Shown here: positions 21,101-29,748 of the stretch, one piece after another | Layout of the letters: every line of letters starts with the position of its first letter | Position numbering within the stretch: position 1 is the first letter of the stretch | Origin: an uncultured Gammaproteobacteria bacterium | Lineage (GTDB): Bacteria; Patescibacteriota; Patescibacteriia; Magasanikbacterales; JBBTQS01 | Assembly (NCBI GenBank): GCA_964627055.1 | Contig: CAZVGV010000001.1 | Coordinates: 19,620-83,619 of the forward strand | Direction of reading: 5' to 3' | DNA length: 64,000 bases | Made by a program: the position numbers and the translations under genes | Notes under the pieces: generated by a model | What the model was told of the DNA's origin: nothing | Databases searched by the model: none | Seen by the model: only the letters and a program-made list of their open reading frames with translations

Positions 21101-22168
21101 CCTGGTACACAGCTCACCATGCGTACCTTCCATACTGGTGGTGTCGCAGGACAGGACATTACACAGGGTCTTCCACGTGTAGACGAACTCTTCGAAGCTC
21201 GCTCACCGAAGAAGAAGGCATTTGTGGCAGAAGTTGGTGGTATCGCACACATTGAATCTGCAGAAGGCAAGATCATCGAGCATAATGGAAAGCGTATCTT
21301 CGAAGGCCGCCGTGGTCAGAAGATCGTGAACATTGCGTACGATGGTGTGCGCGAAGATTCATTCCCAGTTACAGACAAGGATACGATCCATGCTATTGAT
21401 GGTAAGGGTGTTGCCGCAGGCGATCTTCTCATCGAGAAGGCTGATGGTACCAAGATCGTGGCTCCAATCGCAGGGATGATCCGCGTGCAGAAGAAGGCGG
21501 TTACGCTTTCAGGAACTGGTTCGACCAGCAAGGAGTACATCATCCCATTGGGATTCAAGATTCTTGTGTCCGAGGGTGACATGGTGAACGTCGGTGATGC
21601 ACTTACCGAAGGTCACATGGATCTCCAGCAGCTCTTCGAACTCAAGGGCAAGGAAGCAGTCCAGCGCTACATCCTCAAGGAAATTCAGGACATCTACGCT
21701 TCGCAGGGTCAGAAGCTCAATGACAAGCACATTGAGATCATTATCCGCTCGATGTTCTCCCGCGTACTTGTTGAAGACGCTGGTGACACCGATCTTATCC
21801 CAGGTGAAGTGGTAGAAAAGGCACAGTGGTCTGCAGCAAACGCAGAGCTCGAGAAGGGACAGAAGAAGGCAGTAGTGAAGGAATTGTTCCTCGGTATCTC
21901 TCGTGTTTCGCTCTCGACCCAGAGCTTCCTCTCATCCGCATCATTCCAGGAGACTGCAAAGGTGCTCATCAATGCAGCAGTTACCGGAAAGGTGGACTAC
22001 CTCGAAGGTCTCAAGGAAAACGTTATCATCGGTCGTAAGATCCCAGCTGGTACTGGTTTCTCCGGTGGCATCAGTGCGCAAGAACTTGCAACCGCAGCTC
22101 GCGGATTCAAGTCTGCAGCAGCGATGGCCTACGCAGAAGCAGCCCCAGAGGCACCTGCAGCCGAATAA
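18188..22168 (+). CDS. rpoC: RNA polymerase beta' subunit
   Basis: N-terminal Zn finger, NADFDGDQMAVH catalytic motif, GEPGTQLTMRTFH; start could be any of the first Met codons. Confidence 0.99.
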   Translation: MMHTDTMHTMEFDAIRLRVASPEVIRGWSSGEVAKPETINYRTQKPEKGGLFAEEIFGPTKDWECYCGKYKKIRYKGIVCDKCGVEVTHSLVRRERMGHIELAAPVAHIWFLRSIPSKIGTILDLSIQTLEKVIYFANFIVTDVDTKLQEETLEMLKEEYKSKRKQIMGEFKQKADAAREKKGDVTAVEKEGEETLAALEEDYVLTEREIKELAPLRILSETDYQELSMRYGHIFDAQIGADAIQYLLKRLDIPKTIEALEVEVKENKTAKRDKLIRRLKLLKSLHINEISPWWMILNVIPVIPPDLRPMVALDGGRFATSDLNDLYRRVINRNNRLKRLLELNAPEVIVRNEKRMLQEAIDALIDNDARRSKTVTASTGQRRKLRSIADLLKGKQGRFRQNLLGKRTDYSGRSVIVVGPNMQMNECGIPKRMALELFKPFVMSEIIKRGHAHNVRSASRFIEADHDEVWDILEEVTANTRVLLNRAPTLHRLGIQAFKPRLIEGKAIRIHPLVCTAFNADFDGDQMAVHVPLTEQAKWEAEHLMAAERNILKPATGQPIATPKQDIVLGAFYMTTMRPVEADVPKEKMKRFSSVQEARLAYKMRIIALQQPIEVYFDGADCKRIGEGVPTRMVTTIGRVAFNDVLPASLPWYNEVVTAKKLGTIVRLVLEKEGVENTARMLDGIKDLGFKYVTKSGYSLGMDDFPRVPEKQALLDEGDNSVAEIEEQYQDGLLTQNERYTKIIGVWTDIKDRVLKHNRNSLHPFGPVFAMIESGARGSWGQLGQVIGMKGLVSNPAGDIIELPVKGNFKEGFSVLEFFISSHGVRKGLTDTALRTANAGYLTRRLVDVAQDVVVLAEDCGTLEGVIVTREESEREMGETLSERVQGRYTMSDVVNPQTKQLIVAGGEMILEPHARELEASGVQEVHVRTVFKCLLPKGVCSRCYGVDMAHNKPAQMGTAVGIIAAQSIGEPGTQLTMRTFHTGGVAGQDITQGLPRVDELFEARSPKKKAFVAEVGGIAHIESAEGKIIEHNGKRIFEGRRGQKIVNIAYDGVREDSFPVTDKDTIHAIDGKGVAAGDLLIEKADGTKIVAPIAGMIRVQKKAVTLSGTGSTSKEYIIPLGFKILVSEGDMVNVGDALTEGHMDLQQLFELKGKEAVQRYILKEIQDIYASQGQKLNDKHIEIIIRSMFSRVLVEDAGDTDLIPGEVVEKAQWSAANAELEKGQKKAVVKELFLGISRVSLSTQSFLSSASFQETAKVLINAAVTGKVDYLEGLKENVIIGRKIPAGTGFSGGISAQELATAARGFKSAAAMAYAEAAPEAPAAE

Positions 22169-22185
22169 ACAAAACGTGCTATATA

Positions 22186-22220
22186 CCAACACCCGCCCAC
22201 AAGGCGGGTGTTGGCGTTTT
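22186..22220 (+). terminator. Intrinsic terminator of rpoBC
   Basis: CCAACACCCGCC-CACAA-GGCGGGTGTTGG followed by CGTTTT. Confidence 0.75.
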
Positions 22221-22257
22221 GCCTCCGAATTGCTAAGGTGTGGGTGAACCAAAAACT

Positions 22258-22989
22258 ATGTCAGGACACTCGAAGTGGCACAACATTCAGGGACGTAAGG
22301 GCGCGCAGGACAAGCGTAAGGCTGCGGCGTTCACACGCGTGGCACGCGCAATCACGCTTGCAGCACGACAGGGTGGAGGATCGATGGATACGAATTTTGC
22401 CCTGCGACTTGCCGTAGAGCAAGGACGAGAGGTGAACATGCCGAAGGACAATATTGATCGAGCTATTCGTAAGGGTACTGGTGAAGACAAGGACGGCGCC
22501 GTGCTTGAATCTGTCACGTACGAAGGATTTGGACCTGCGAAAGTTGCGGTCATTGTGGAGACACTCACAGACAATCGCAATCGTACCGCGGCGGATGTGA
22601 AATCCATTTTCAATAAGGCTGGGGGAGCTGTGGGTGCACAGGGGAGTGTTTCGTGGCAGTTCCAGCATGTAGCGGTGGTGCGTGTGAGCGCAGAGAATAC
22701 AGCGAAGATCGCAGATCGCGATACTGCTGAGTTGGCGCTCATTGATGCAGGTGCAGAAGACGTAACGTGGAACGACGAAGGACTGACCGTACTCGGGCCG
22801 ATTGAATCGTTACATCGCATGACCGAGGCTGTGCGGGCACTTGGTGTGTCACCAGACGCCGCTGCAATTGAGTGGCGCGCGAAGGAGACGGCTGCTGTAC
22901 CAGAAGATTCGCGTGAAGCAGTGGAAGATTTTTTTGCTGCGCTGGATGAGTACGACGACGTGCAGGAGTGGTATACCAACGCTCAGTAG
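22258..22989 (+). CDS. yebC: YebC/PmpR family protein
   Basis: MSGHSKWHNI, NMPKDNIDRAI, YEGFGP, TDNRNRT. Confidence 0.96.
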   Translation: MSGHSKWHNIQGRKGAQDKRKAAAFTRVARAITLAARQGGGSMDTNFALRLAVEQGREVNMPKDNIDRAIRKGTGEDKDGAVLESVTYEGFGPAKVAVIVETLTDNRNRTAADVKSIFNKAGGAVGAQGSVSWQFQHVAVVRVSAENTAKIADRDTAELALIDAGAEDVTWNDEGLTVLGPIESLHRMTEAVRALGVSPDAAAIEWRAKETAAVPEDSREAVEDFFAALDEYDDVQEWYTNAQ

Positions 22990-22990
22990 T

Positions 22991-23470
22991 GTGGCACGAC
23001 GTATCCTCGGCATTGACCCTGGATTTGGCCGCATGGGCTATGCGGTAGTTGAGGAAGTAGGACGTGAACAGTTCTCGGTTCGCGCGTATGGCTGCATCGA
23101 GACGCAGAAGGAACAGCCGTTCCCACAGCGTCTCATTGAAATTGCCGATGCAACTGAGAAGCTGTTGGCTGAGTTCCAGCCAGAGTCTATGGCCATCGAG
23201 CAATTGTTCTTCAGCAAGAATGTTACGACAGGAATTAATGTAAGTCATGCACGTGGTGTAATCGTGTTGTGCGCAGCGCGTGCGGGTGTGAAGATTCTCG
23301 AATTTAACCCGCTACAAATCAAACAAATCATCACAGGCTACGGTGGTGCTAAGAAGGATCAGATGCAACGCATGGTGCAGGTGCTGCTGCGGCTCAAGGA
23401 GATGCCGAAGTCTGATGACGCGGCTGATGCGATTGCGGTAGCGCTTTGCGGATTTTTAGCGCGGGTGTAG
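22991..23470 (+). CDS. ruvC: Holliday junction resolvase RuvC
   Basis: ILGIDPG, AIEQLFF, GYGGAKKDQM, DDAADAIAVA. Confidence 0.96.
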   Translation: MARRILGIDPGFGRMGYAVVEEVGREQFSVRAYGCIETQKEQPFPQRLIEIADATEKLLAEFQPESMAIEQLFFSKNVTTGINVSHARGVIVLCAARAGVKILEFNPLQIKQIITGYGGAKKDQMQRMVQVLLRLKEMPKSDDAADAIAVALCGFLARV

Positions 23471-23476
23471 AACCGT

Positions 23477-24130
23477 ATGTCAAAGGGCGATGCGAGAGTG
23501 CGAATTATAATCAGAAGCGGAAATAAGTATTTTCGAGCTGGAAAAGTCACGCTTTCGGCAAAGGGTGAAGTATTCTATGAACCACCACTAGAGTTGAAGT
23601 CTACTCTGAGCGAAGAAATTTTTGTTCATGTTGCATGGCATGCGAGTGGTTCTGTTTTGCTTAAGATAAAAACCTCTGCAGGAGATATACGCCACATCCC
23701 AATTGAAAATGGGGTTGGATTTGTTAAAGATCCAGGTGAACGGCAGGAAATTGTTGGGGTAGGTTTTCAGGTACTTTTTTACTTGCGAATTCCTGGTGTT
23801 ATTTTTTTGTCCGAATGCGACGAACTCAGGGTGAAAGATCTTGTGTTGGATCTCAATGGGTACCTAGGTGCTTTTGTGTTTGCAACAAGCCTCGTTTCAG
23901 GAACGTGCATTGTGGATGGAATCAGTAACATTGAGTCATCGGTTCGCATGGTGGATGGAATTCAGAACCCTAATCGTCTTGATAGTAAGTTTGGGTGCTT
24001 AGGAAGAATTTCTGGCAATGCAGATAAATTAGTACAATTTCATCTAGAAAAACTGAAATTTCAGTTGCCAAGTGGCAAATGTGAGTTGATAATACCGTCA
24101 GACAGTGCAATCTCAAAAGTTATTTTGTAG
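23477..24130 (+). CDS. Hypothetical protein, AT-richer than its neighbours
   Basis: 217-aa ORF, no recognised motif. Confidence 0.6.
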   Translation: MSKGDARVRIIIRSGNKYFRAGKVTLSAKGEVFYEPPLELKSTLSEEIFVHVAWHASGSVLLKIKTSAGDIRHIPIENGVGFVKDPGERQEIVGVGFQVLFYLRIPGVIFLSECDELRVKDLVLDLNGYLGAFVFATSLVSGTCIVDGISNIESSVRMVDGIQNPNRLDSKFGCLGRISGNADKLVQFHLEKLKFQLPSGKCELIIPSDSAISKVIL

Positions 24131-24195
24131 AAGAAACAACGACGCCGCCAGTCCTCATGGAATGGCGGCGTCTGCGTTGTTGGGAATGTCAGCTC

Positions 24196-24909
24196 CTACT
24201 TGGGCGCGCGGGGCGCAGCAAGGACTTTCTGGACGATGTGTTCAGCGAGCTCTTCTGGTGTCTTGATGGCGCTTGCCGGTGCATCGCTAAAGTGCTTGGC
24301 TTGCAACGGTGTCGCCACGAGGCCTGGGTTGACTCTGCGAATGCGGAACTTTTTCGGCAGATCACGTTTGAGCATGCGATTGTAGCCGTCGACCGCTCGC
24401 ATGGAGTGGACGTAGCCACGCTCGTGATGCGTGCGTGCTGCGAAGGGGTGCTGTTCGTCGACCTCCTCGGGGAACTTCGATGCCTGCGATGAGACGTCGA
24501 GGATCACCGGGTGCTCTGCCTTCTCGAGAAGTTCGATGCAGGCGTTGAACATGAGGACCTTCGACAGGAAGTTCATTTGGACGTGCGCTGCGATGGACGC
24601 GAACGCATTGCCTTCGAACTTCGGATCATTGTCGAACGTGAGTCCACCTGCACACTGCACCAGGATGTCGAGGTGGTCATGTGCAGCCGAGAGGTCTTCG
24701 CTGAAGTGCCACACAGACTTGGGATCCGTGAGATCCACAGGGTGTTGGGAAGCATGACCTCCAGCTGCTTCGATTGCTTCGCGAACTGCCGTGAGACGTG
24801 TCTCGTCGCGGCCGATGAGAACAACGTGATCGACTTCTCGGGCCAATCGCTTCGCTACTGCCTCGCCGATGCCACTACTTGCGCCTGTGACGAGTGCAAT
24901 CTTTTGCAT
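24196..24909 (-). CDS. SDR family oxidoreductase (atypical catalytic motif)
   Basis: VTGASSGIG Rossmann motif, LDILVQCAG, VNPGLVAT; YxxxK reads YVHSM. Confidence 0.85.
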   Translation of the reverse strand: MQKIALVTGASSGIGEAVAKRLAREVDHVVLIGRDETRLTAVREAIEAAGGHASQHPVDLTDPKSVWHFSEDLSAAHDHLDILVQCAGGLTFDNDPKFEGNAFASIAAHVQMNFLSKVLMFNACIELLEKAEHPVILDVSSQASKFPEEVDEQHPFAARTHHERGYVHSMRAVDGYNRMLKRDLPKKFRIRRVNPGLVATPLQAKHFSDAPASAIKTPEELAEHIVQKVLAAPRAPK

Positions 24910-24983
24910 AGGTGACTCCTCTGTCATACGACTGATGTTACTGCGGCTTGCCACCGCCTGTAGCATGTAGCGTACCAGTCAAT

Positions 24984-25607
24984 CTAGCACTTGACCAGCA
25001 CTGTCCCACCTTGGAACGTGCCGAACTTTTGGACCCCGCACACCTCGAGAGAAGTGAACCGGAGTTCCTTGGACCAGGCATTCTCCATTTGGAACAACGT
25101 GGCGAGCTGTGCGACGCGTGGAGCATCCGTCGCATGGGTGAGTGTGATGTGTGGACGGAATACGTCACCGGTCGATGACCGGATCACGATGTCTTCTCGC
25201 CTTTTCTTCGACGCCGTAACTCGTCGCACGAGTATCTCGTGTATGGAGCGGATGGCATCGTGTGGCGTGTTGAGTTGCAGGTACCCGATGTCCTCGACCC
25301 ACTCCGTTTCGCGTGGATGTATCGAGATTGCATGGAGGAGCCCTGGGTGTATGCCCGGTGTTCCTGCGTGTCCTCGTTGCGCGTAGTTTTGGATTGCTTC
25401 AACGATGCCTCGCCATTTCTCCTTGACCTCAATGACGAGCACTGTGACGTGGGGAAGCGCCACGACAGCGCGCCTTCTCTTCGTCGAGGTCTCTCGTGTT
25501 GTGAGTATGAAGTCCGAGTGATTGATCTCCTTCGCTGCGCGAGCAGAAAGCTCGCGAAGACGAGCACAGGATTGTTCATCAGGGACAAGCGCGAAGTGAA
25601 GTTGCAT
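24984..25607 (-). CDS. 2H phosphoesterase (2'-5' RNA ligase-like) family protein
   Basis: Two HxT motifs: LPHVTVL and RPHITL; GGAG SD. Confidence 0.75.
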   Translation of the reverse strand: MQLHFALVPDEQSCARLRELSARAAKEINHSDFILTTRETSTKRRRAVVALPHVTVLVIEVKEKWRGIVEAIQNYAQRGHAGTPGIHPGLLHAISIHPRETEWVEDIGYLQLNTPHDAIRSIHEILVRRVTASKKRREDIVIRSSTGDVFRPHITLTHATDAPRVAQLATLFQMENAWSKELRFTSLEVCGVQKFGTFQGGTVLVKC

Positions 25608-25668
25608 GTTCGTCTCTCCATTCTGCCACTGCGGCAGGGAGTGAATGTATAGTATTTGGAACGAACTG

Positions 25669-26376
25669 TCAACGGTTGTGATGTGCGATGCGTAGCAGCG
25701 ATCGCATGAATCGAATGCCATCGGCAATGCGAACAGACGAGCTGGAATGGTATCGGAAGGTGACGGGTATTCCTTGTATCTTGAGCCCCGCTCGGACAGA
25801 TTGCACAAGCAAATCAACATCGAACGCAAAACCGTCTTCTGTGGTCTTCGGAATAATGTCGGCCTGCACTTTTTTGGAAAACTGTTTGATGCCGCATTGG
25901 GTGTCGCGAACTGGTAGGCGCAGGAGTCCTGCAGTGATCCATTGCAGTGATTTGGAAACAACCCAGCGGATACGACGTTGTGAGGTGAGACGAACACGCT
26001 GTCCAGCAACAATGTCCGCTATATTTCGCATTGCGTACATTGTCGTTAGTGTCTCAAGAGGGAATGCTAAATCAGCATCGATGAAGGCGTAGGTGGATGC
26101 ATCAACTTGCTGCGAACCTTCGCGAATTGCAGCGCCCTTACCTCGGTTGATGGGGTAGCTTCTGGTGAAGACAGCGAACGGGGCGTGTTCGCTTGCGCCA
26201 GAGAGGTGTGTAAGCACGGTGTCTGTTGTATCCGTACTGCCATCGTTAACATACACGATGGCCACTCGGATTGAGCGCCATGCTTCTGTAGCAAAGAACG
26301 CACTGAGCTGTGCGTGTGTTGCGGGGAGTCTGTCCGCCTCATTGAAGCAAGGAATGATAAGCGCGTAGTCGTACAT
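25669..26376 (-). CDS. GT2 glycosyltransferase (dolichyl-phosphate glucosyltransferase-like)
   Basis: IIPCFNE, VNDGSTD, NRGKGAA, DADL, DTQCGIK. Confidence 0.9.
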   Translation of the reverse strand: MYDYALIIPCFNEADRLPATHAQLSAFFATEAWRSIRVAIVYVNDGSTDTTDTVLTHLSGASEHAPFAVFTRSYPINRGKGAAIREGSQQVDASTYAFIDADLAFPLETLTTMYAMRNIADIVAGQRVRLTSQRRIRWVVSKSLQWITAGLLRLPVRDTQCGIKQFSKKVQADIIPKTTEDGFAFDVDLLVQSVRAGLKIQGIPVTFRYHSSSSVRIADGIRFMRSLLRIAHHNR

Positions 26377-26447
26377 GGGGCAATTGTGACCGACTTGAGG
26401 CAACAGCGCAAGACTGGTAAGGTGAGGATGCTATTTACCATGACAGT

Positions 26448-27374
26448 ATGTACGATCTCATTATTATTGGCGGTTCAGCAGCAGGCACAGCAGCGGCAGT
26501 GTATGCATCCAGACGCAAACTCAACTATCTAGTGATTGCGAAGGATCTATCTGGTGAAGTGGCTGTTGCAGGAGAGGTGGATAATTTTCCAGCCATCGTG
26601 CACACGACAGGTATTGCATTGTCCCAGATGTTCCAAGAGCAGCAGCGCGCTAACGAAGTGCCGACGCGTGTGGGTAGAATTGTAAGTGCAGTTGAGTTGC
26701 AGGACGGTGGGACGTTCCGCATTACTGCAAAGAATGAACAACAGGAAGAAGAAGTGTACGAAGCTCTCAGTGTGATCGTTGCGACAGGTTCACATCCGCG
26801 GTATCTTGGTGTGCCTGGCGAAGAGCAGCTCAATCATCGCGGCGTAACCTATTGTACGGTGTGCGACGGTCCGCTCTTCCGCAATCGTGTGACGGCGACA
26901 ATCGGCACCGGCAACTCCGCGCTCGAGTCTGCACTCATGATGGCGGAGATTGCGAAGAAGCATTACGTTCTCACGAAGTATCCGTCGTTCAAGGGTGAGA
27001 CAGTACTTATTGATAAGGTTCTCGCGCACCCGAATATTGAAATCCTCTCCGAAGCCATGACGCAGCGCATCGAAGGCGAGAACAAAGTTGAGGCGATCGT
27101 ATACAAGGACAAGACTGGCGAAGAGAAGCGACTCGAGGTGCAGGGAGTGTTCGTGCATATCGGTCTCATCCCACAGTCAGATTTCATCTTGTGTGTAGAG
27201 AAGTTGCCATCTGGGCATATTGTGGTAGACAAGCTTGGTCGAACTTCTGTGCCAGGCATCTTTGCAGCTGGGGACGTGACTGATATTCCGTATTACCAGA
27301 TCGGGATTGCGACGGGTATGGGCATCACTGCAGCACTTTCGGCAATTAGCTATCTCAATACTCGCGCAGCTTGA
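26448..27374 (+). CDS. trxB: Thioredoxin reductase / AhpF-like FAD-dependent disulfide reductase
   Basis: IIIGGSAAG, YCTVCDG redox CxxC, FAAGDVTD. Confidence 0.85.
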   Translation: MYDLIIIGGSAAGTAAAVYASRRKLNYLVIAKDLSGEVAVAGEVDNFPAIVHTTGIALSQMFQEQQRANEVPTRVGRIVSAVELQDGGTFRITAKNEQQEEEVYEALSVIVATGSHPRYLGVPGEEQLNHRGVTYCTVCDGPLFRNRVTATIGTGNSALESALMMAEIAKKHYVLTKYPSFKGETVLIDKVLAHPNIEILSEAMTQRIEGENKVEAIVYKDKTGEEKRLEVQGVFVHIGLIPQSDFILCVEKLPSGHIVVDKLGRTSVPGIFAAGDVTDIPYYQIGIATGMGITAALSAISYLNTRAA

Positions 27375-27448
27375 CGAATACGAATACCGTTGATACCCTC
27401 ATACCTCCGCTCACTTTCGGGCGGAGGTAATGTGTGGAGGAAGCAGCG

Positions 27449-28210
27449 ATGCATTCGATGACGTGGAGAGATCGATTGGCGCAGCGTCGAGCGGCCTGCG
27501 AGGATTCAGCCGAAGTCGAGGATGTCGATACGCTCGTTCAAAACAGTGAGCAGCGCACGCTCTGGTACAAGGAAATCGGAACGGGGAACATCGTGAACTC
27601 CGGAGAGGTGTTCTTCGGCGTTCGTGCGTACCACTTCCGAATCTGGGTCGGCGGTACGTGGGTTGAGTACTTGCACCCCATGCTCGACTACCGGAAGCAG
27701 GACCCGGGCTACATCGTGCTGTTCACAGATTCCAGGATGGAACGCGTGATCGTCCAGGCCAAGTTCGGCGGGGGCAACCCCGGGGCTTCGCTGCTCGATC
27801 CTCTGCGGGAGTCCAAGAAGGGCATGCTCGTAGCGCCTACATTCGAGGCCAGCGCGTCCAATCTCAAGGCCGGCGTCACGGCGGTTGGGAACGCAGCCAT
27901 CGTCCATGAGGCCATTGCCCGAGGCGAACTGATGGGTCCAGAGATCATCCAGGACGAAAATCGGTTCTGTCTCAAGCGCAATGGTGAGCAGGTGCTCGTC
28001 TTGAATGATGAGCGCTGGGAGAAGGCTGTGCAAAGCCTCGCTCCGCGAGAATTTGTGGTAACGCTCGAAGAACTCATTGAGATCGTGTTCGACGGCGACT
28101 CTGGTGCCGGGCATGGCGGACGGGCACGTAGTGAAGCGAACGAGCATCTTGCGCAAGTGTTCGGGATCTTCATGGCAATTCGACATCGCCGCATGTTCGC
28201 AGCATCGTAA
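27449..28210 (+). CDS. Single-domain protein resembling NDP-hexose 2,3-dehydratase
   Basis: VQAKFGGGNP and APTFEASASN resemble the QAKxEPGN and PTVQATxSN motifs of EvaA-type dehydratases; ENRFCLKRN resembles the RFxxKRN segment. Confidence 0.55.
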   Translation: MHSMTWRDRLAQRRAACEDSAEVEDVDTLVQNSEQRTLWYKEIGTGNIVNSGEVFFGVRAYHFRIWVGGTWVEYLHPMLDYRKQDPGYIVLFTDSRMERVIVQAKFGGGNPGASLLDPLRESKKGMLVAPTFEASASNLKAGVTAVGNAAIVHEAIARGELMGPEIIQDENRFCLKRNGEQVLVLNDERWEKAVQSLAPREFVVTLEELIEIVFDGDSGAGHGGRARSEANEHLAQVFGIFMAIRHRRMFAAS

Positions 28211-28231
28211 TTTCTGAAGAGGAGAGGATCA

Positions 28232-28813
28232 ATGAAAGAACGATGGACAGCAACGGCGTACTTCTCCTACGGAGCAATTCAGGGAGGTGCGCCACATCCG
28301 GTGGGGAAGATCGACGTGATGATCGTGCCTCGAGAGCTGGTCGAGGGTGAAGAGCCCTTCGAGATCATCCGTTACTACCACGACAGCCTCGAAGAAAATC
28401 CGAACCGTGGCATGGTCAGCTACTACGAGATCATGGCGATGCTCTCGCCGTCTCAGTTGGCAGCGGCGCAGGTCAGGATCGACACTCGTGGGAGTGTGAC
28501 CGGGATTCGTCCTGACACGCAGCATGCAACGGCGGCGGCAAAGAAAGTCGTCGCTCTGCTGCTCACGCTGCGTAGCTCCTTCGATCACGAGGTCATGATC
28601 CTACATTCACGTGAACCTGGTGAGCTGGAAGGAGGCTATTTGCACCGGCTTACAGCGATTAACGGAAGTATCCCCAAGGACGTCAAGATCCTCTACGTAC
28701 CTCCGGGATGCCCGATCAAGCTGGCGAATGGCGCGCGTCCGTTGCGCCTTCATGTCGGAATCACGTGGGAGGAATTCCTGCAGGAGATCCGCACGATGCC
28801 AGCGTCGAGCTGA
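28232..28813 (+). CDS. Hypothetical protein
   Basis: 193-aa ORF with GAGGAG SD, probably co-transcribed with 27449; followed by a hairpin. Confidence 0.65.
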   Translation: MKERWTATAYFSYGAIQGGAPHPVGKIDVMIVPRELVEGEEPFEIIRYYHDSLEENPNRGMVSYYEIMAMLSPSQLAAAQVRIDTRGSVTGIRPDTQHATAAAKKVVALLLTLRSSFDHEVMILHSREPGELEGGYLHRLTAINGSIPKDVKILYVPPGCPIKLANGARPLRLHVGITWEEFLQEIRTMPASS

Positions 28814-28889
28814 TCGCAACGCAACAACCACGAGGCGTCCAAGGAACAAGAAGTTCTGCGGGCGCCTTTGTGTTATAATGATGCAAGCT

Positions 28890-29747
28890 ATGCCCATTCA
28901 CGACACCAAAGTGCAACAGCTCGAGCGAATCGCTACTGCGATCCGCAAGGATATTATTGAGATGCTTGTTGCAGCTGGTTCAGGTCATACAGCAGGACCG
29001 TTAGGGATGGCAGATATTTTTACGGCGTTGTACTTTCATATTTTGCATCACGATGCGAAGCAGCCGGAGTGGGAGGAACGCGATCGTGTAATCCTCAGCA
29101 ATGGGCATATTTGTCCGGTGTGGTATGCGACATTGGCGCATGCTGGCTATTTTGCAAAAAAAGAGTTGAAAACATTACGCCAACTTCATACGCGCCTGCA
29201 AGGACATCCCCATCGAGGATCATTGCCGGGAATTGAGAATACGAGTGGGCCATTGGGGCAGGGCGCATCAGTTGCTGTTGGTGTTGCGCTCGCTGGTCAA
29301 ATGCGCAAACGCACGTACGAAACATTTCTACTCACTTCAGACGGCGAAATTCAAGAAGGGCAATACTGGGAAGCGATGATGTTCGCGGGTAATCGTCCGC
29401 TGCATCGGCTTACAGTCATTGTTGATCGCAACAATATACAAATTGACGGGAACACGGAGACGGTTGCGCCGATTGAACCGCTCGCGGCGAAGTTTGCCGC
29501 GTTTAATTTCCATGTGATTGAGATTGACGGGCACAATATTCGACAGATTGTGGAGGCGTGTGACGAGGCACGGGCAATTTATGAGCGGCCAGTAGCAATT
29601 ATTGCGCATACAATTCCGGGGAAGGGAGTAGATTTCATGGAATTCGATTACAACTGGCATGGCAAGCCACCGGCAAAGGACGAAGCAAAGCGTGCACTCC
29701 ACCAGTTGCGCACGCTCGGCGGCAAAGTGAAAAGTGAGCACGAATAA
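28890..29747 (+). CDS. Transketolase, N-terminal subunit
   Basis: GSGHTAG, LSNGH, LQGHP, SDGEIQEG TPP-binding motif. Confidence 0.93.
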   Translation: MPIHDTKVQQLERIATAIRKDIIEMLVAAGSGHTAGPLGMADIFTALYFHILHHDAKQPEWEERDRVILSNGHICPVWYATLAHAGYFAKKELKTLRQLHTRLQGHPHRGSLPGIENTSGPLGQGASVAVGVALAGQMRKRTYETFLLTSDGEIQEGQYWEAMMFAGNRPLHRLTVIVDRNNIQIDGNTETVAPIEPLAAKFAAFNFHVIEIDGHNIRQIVEACDEARAIYERPVAIIAHTIPGKGVDFMEFDYNWHGKPPAKDEAKRALHQLRTLGGKVKSEHE

Positions 29748-29748
29748 T

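Noticed and set aside
14922-22168. Inteins or introns in rpoB/rpoC; long antisense ORFs
   Set aside because: Frames are continuous with ordinary lengths and no intein motifs; antisense ORFs are shadows of biased codon usage
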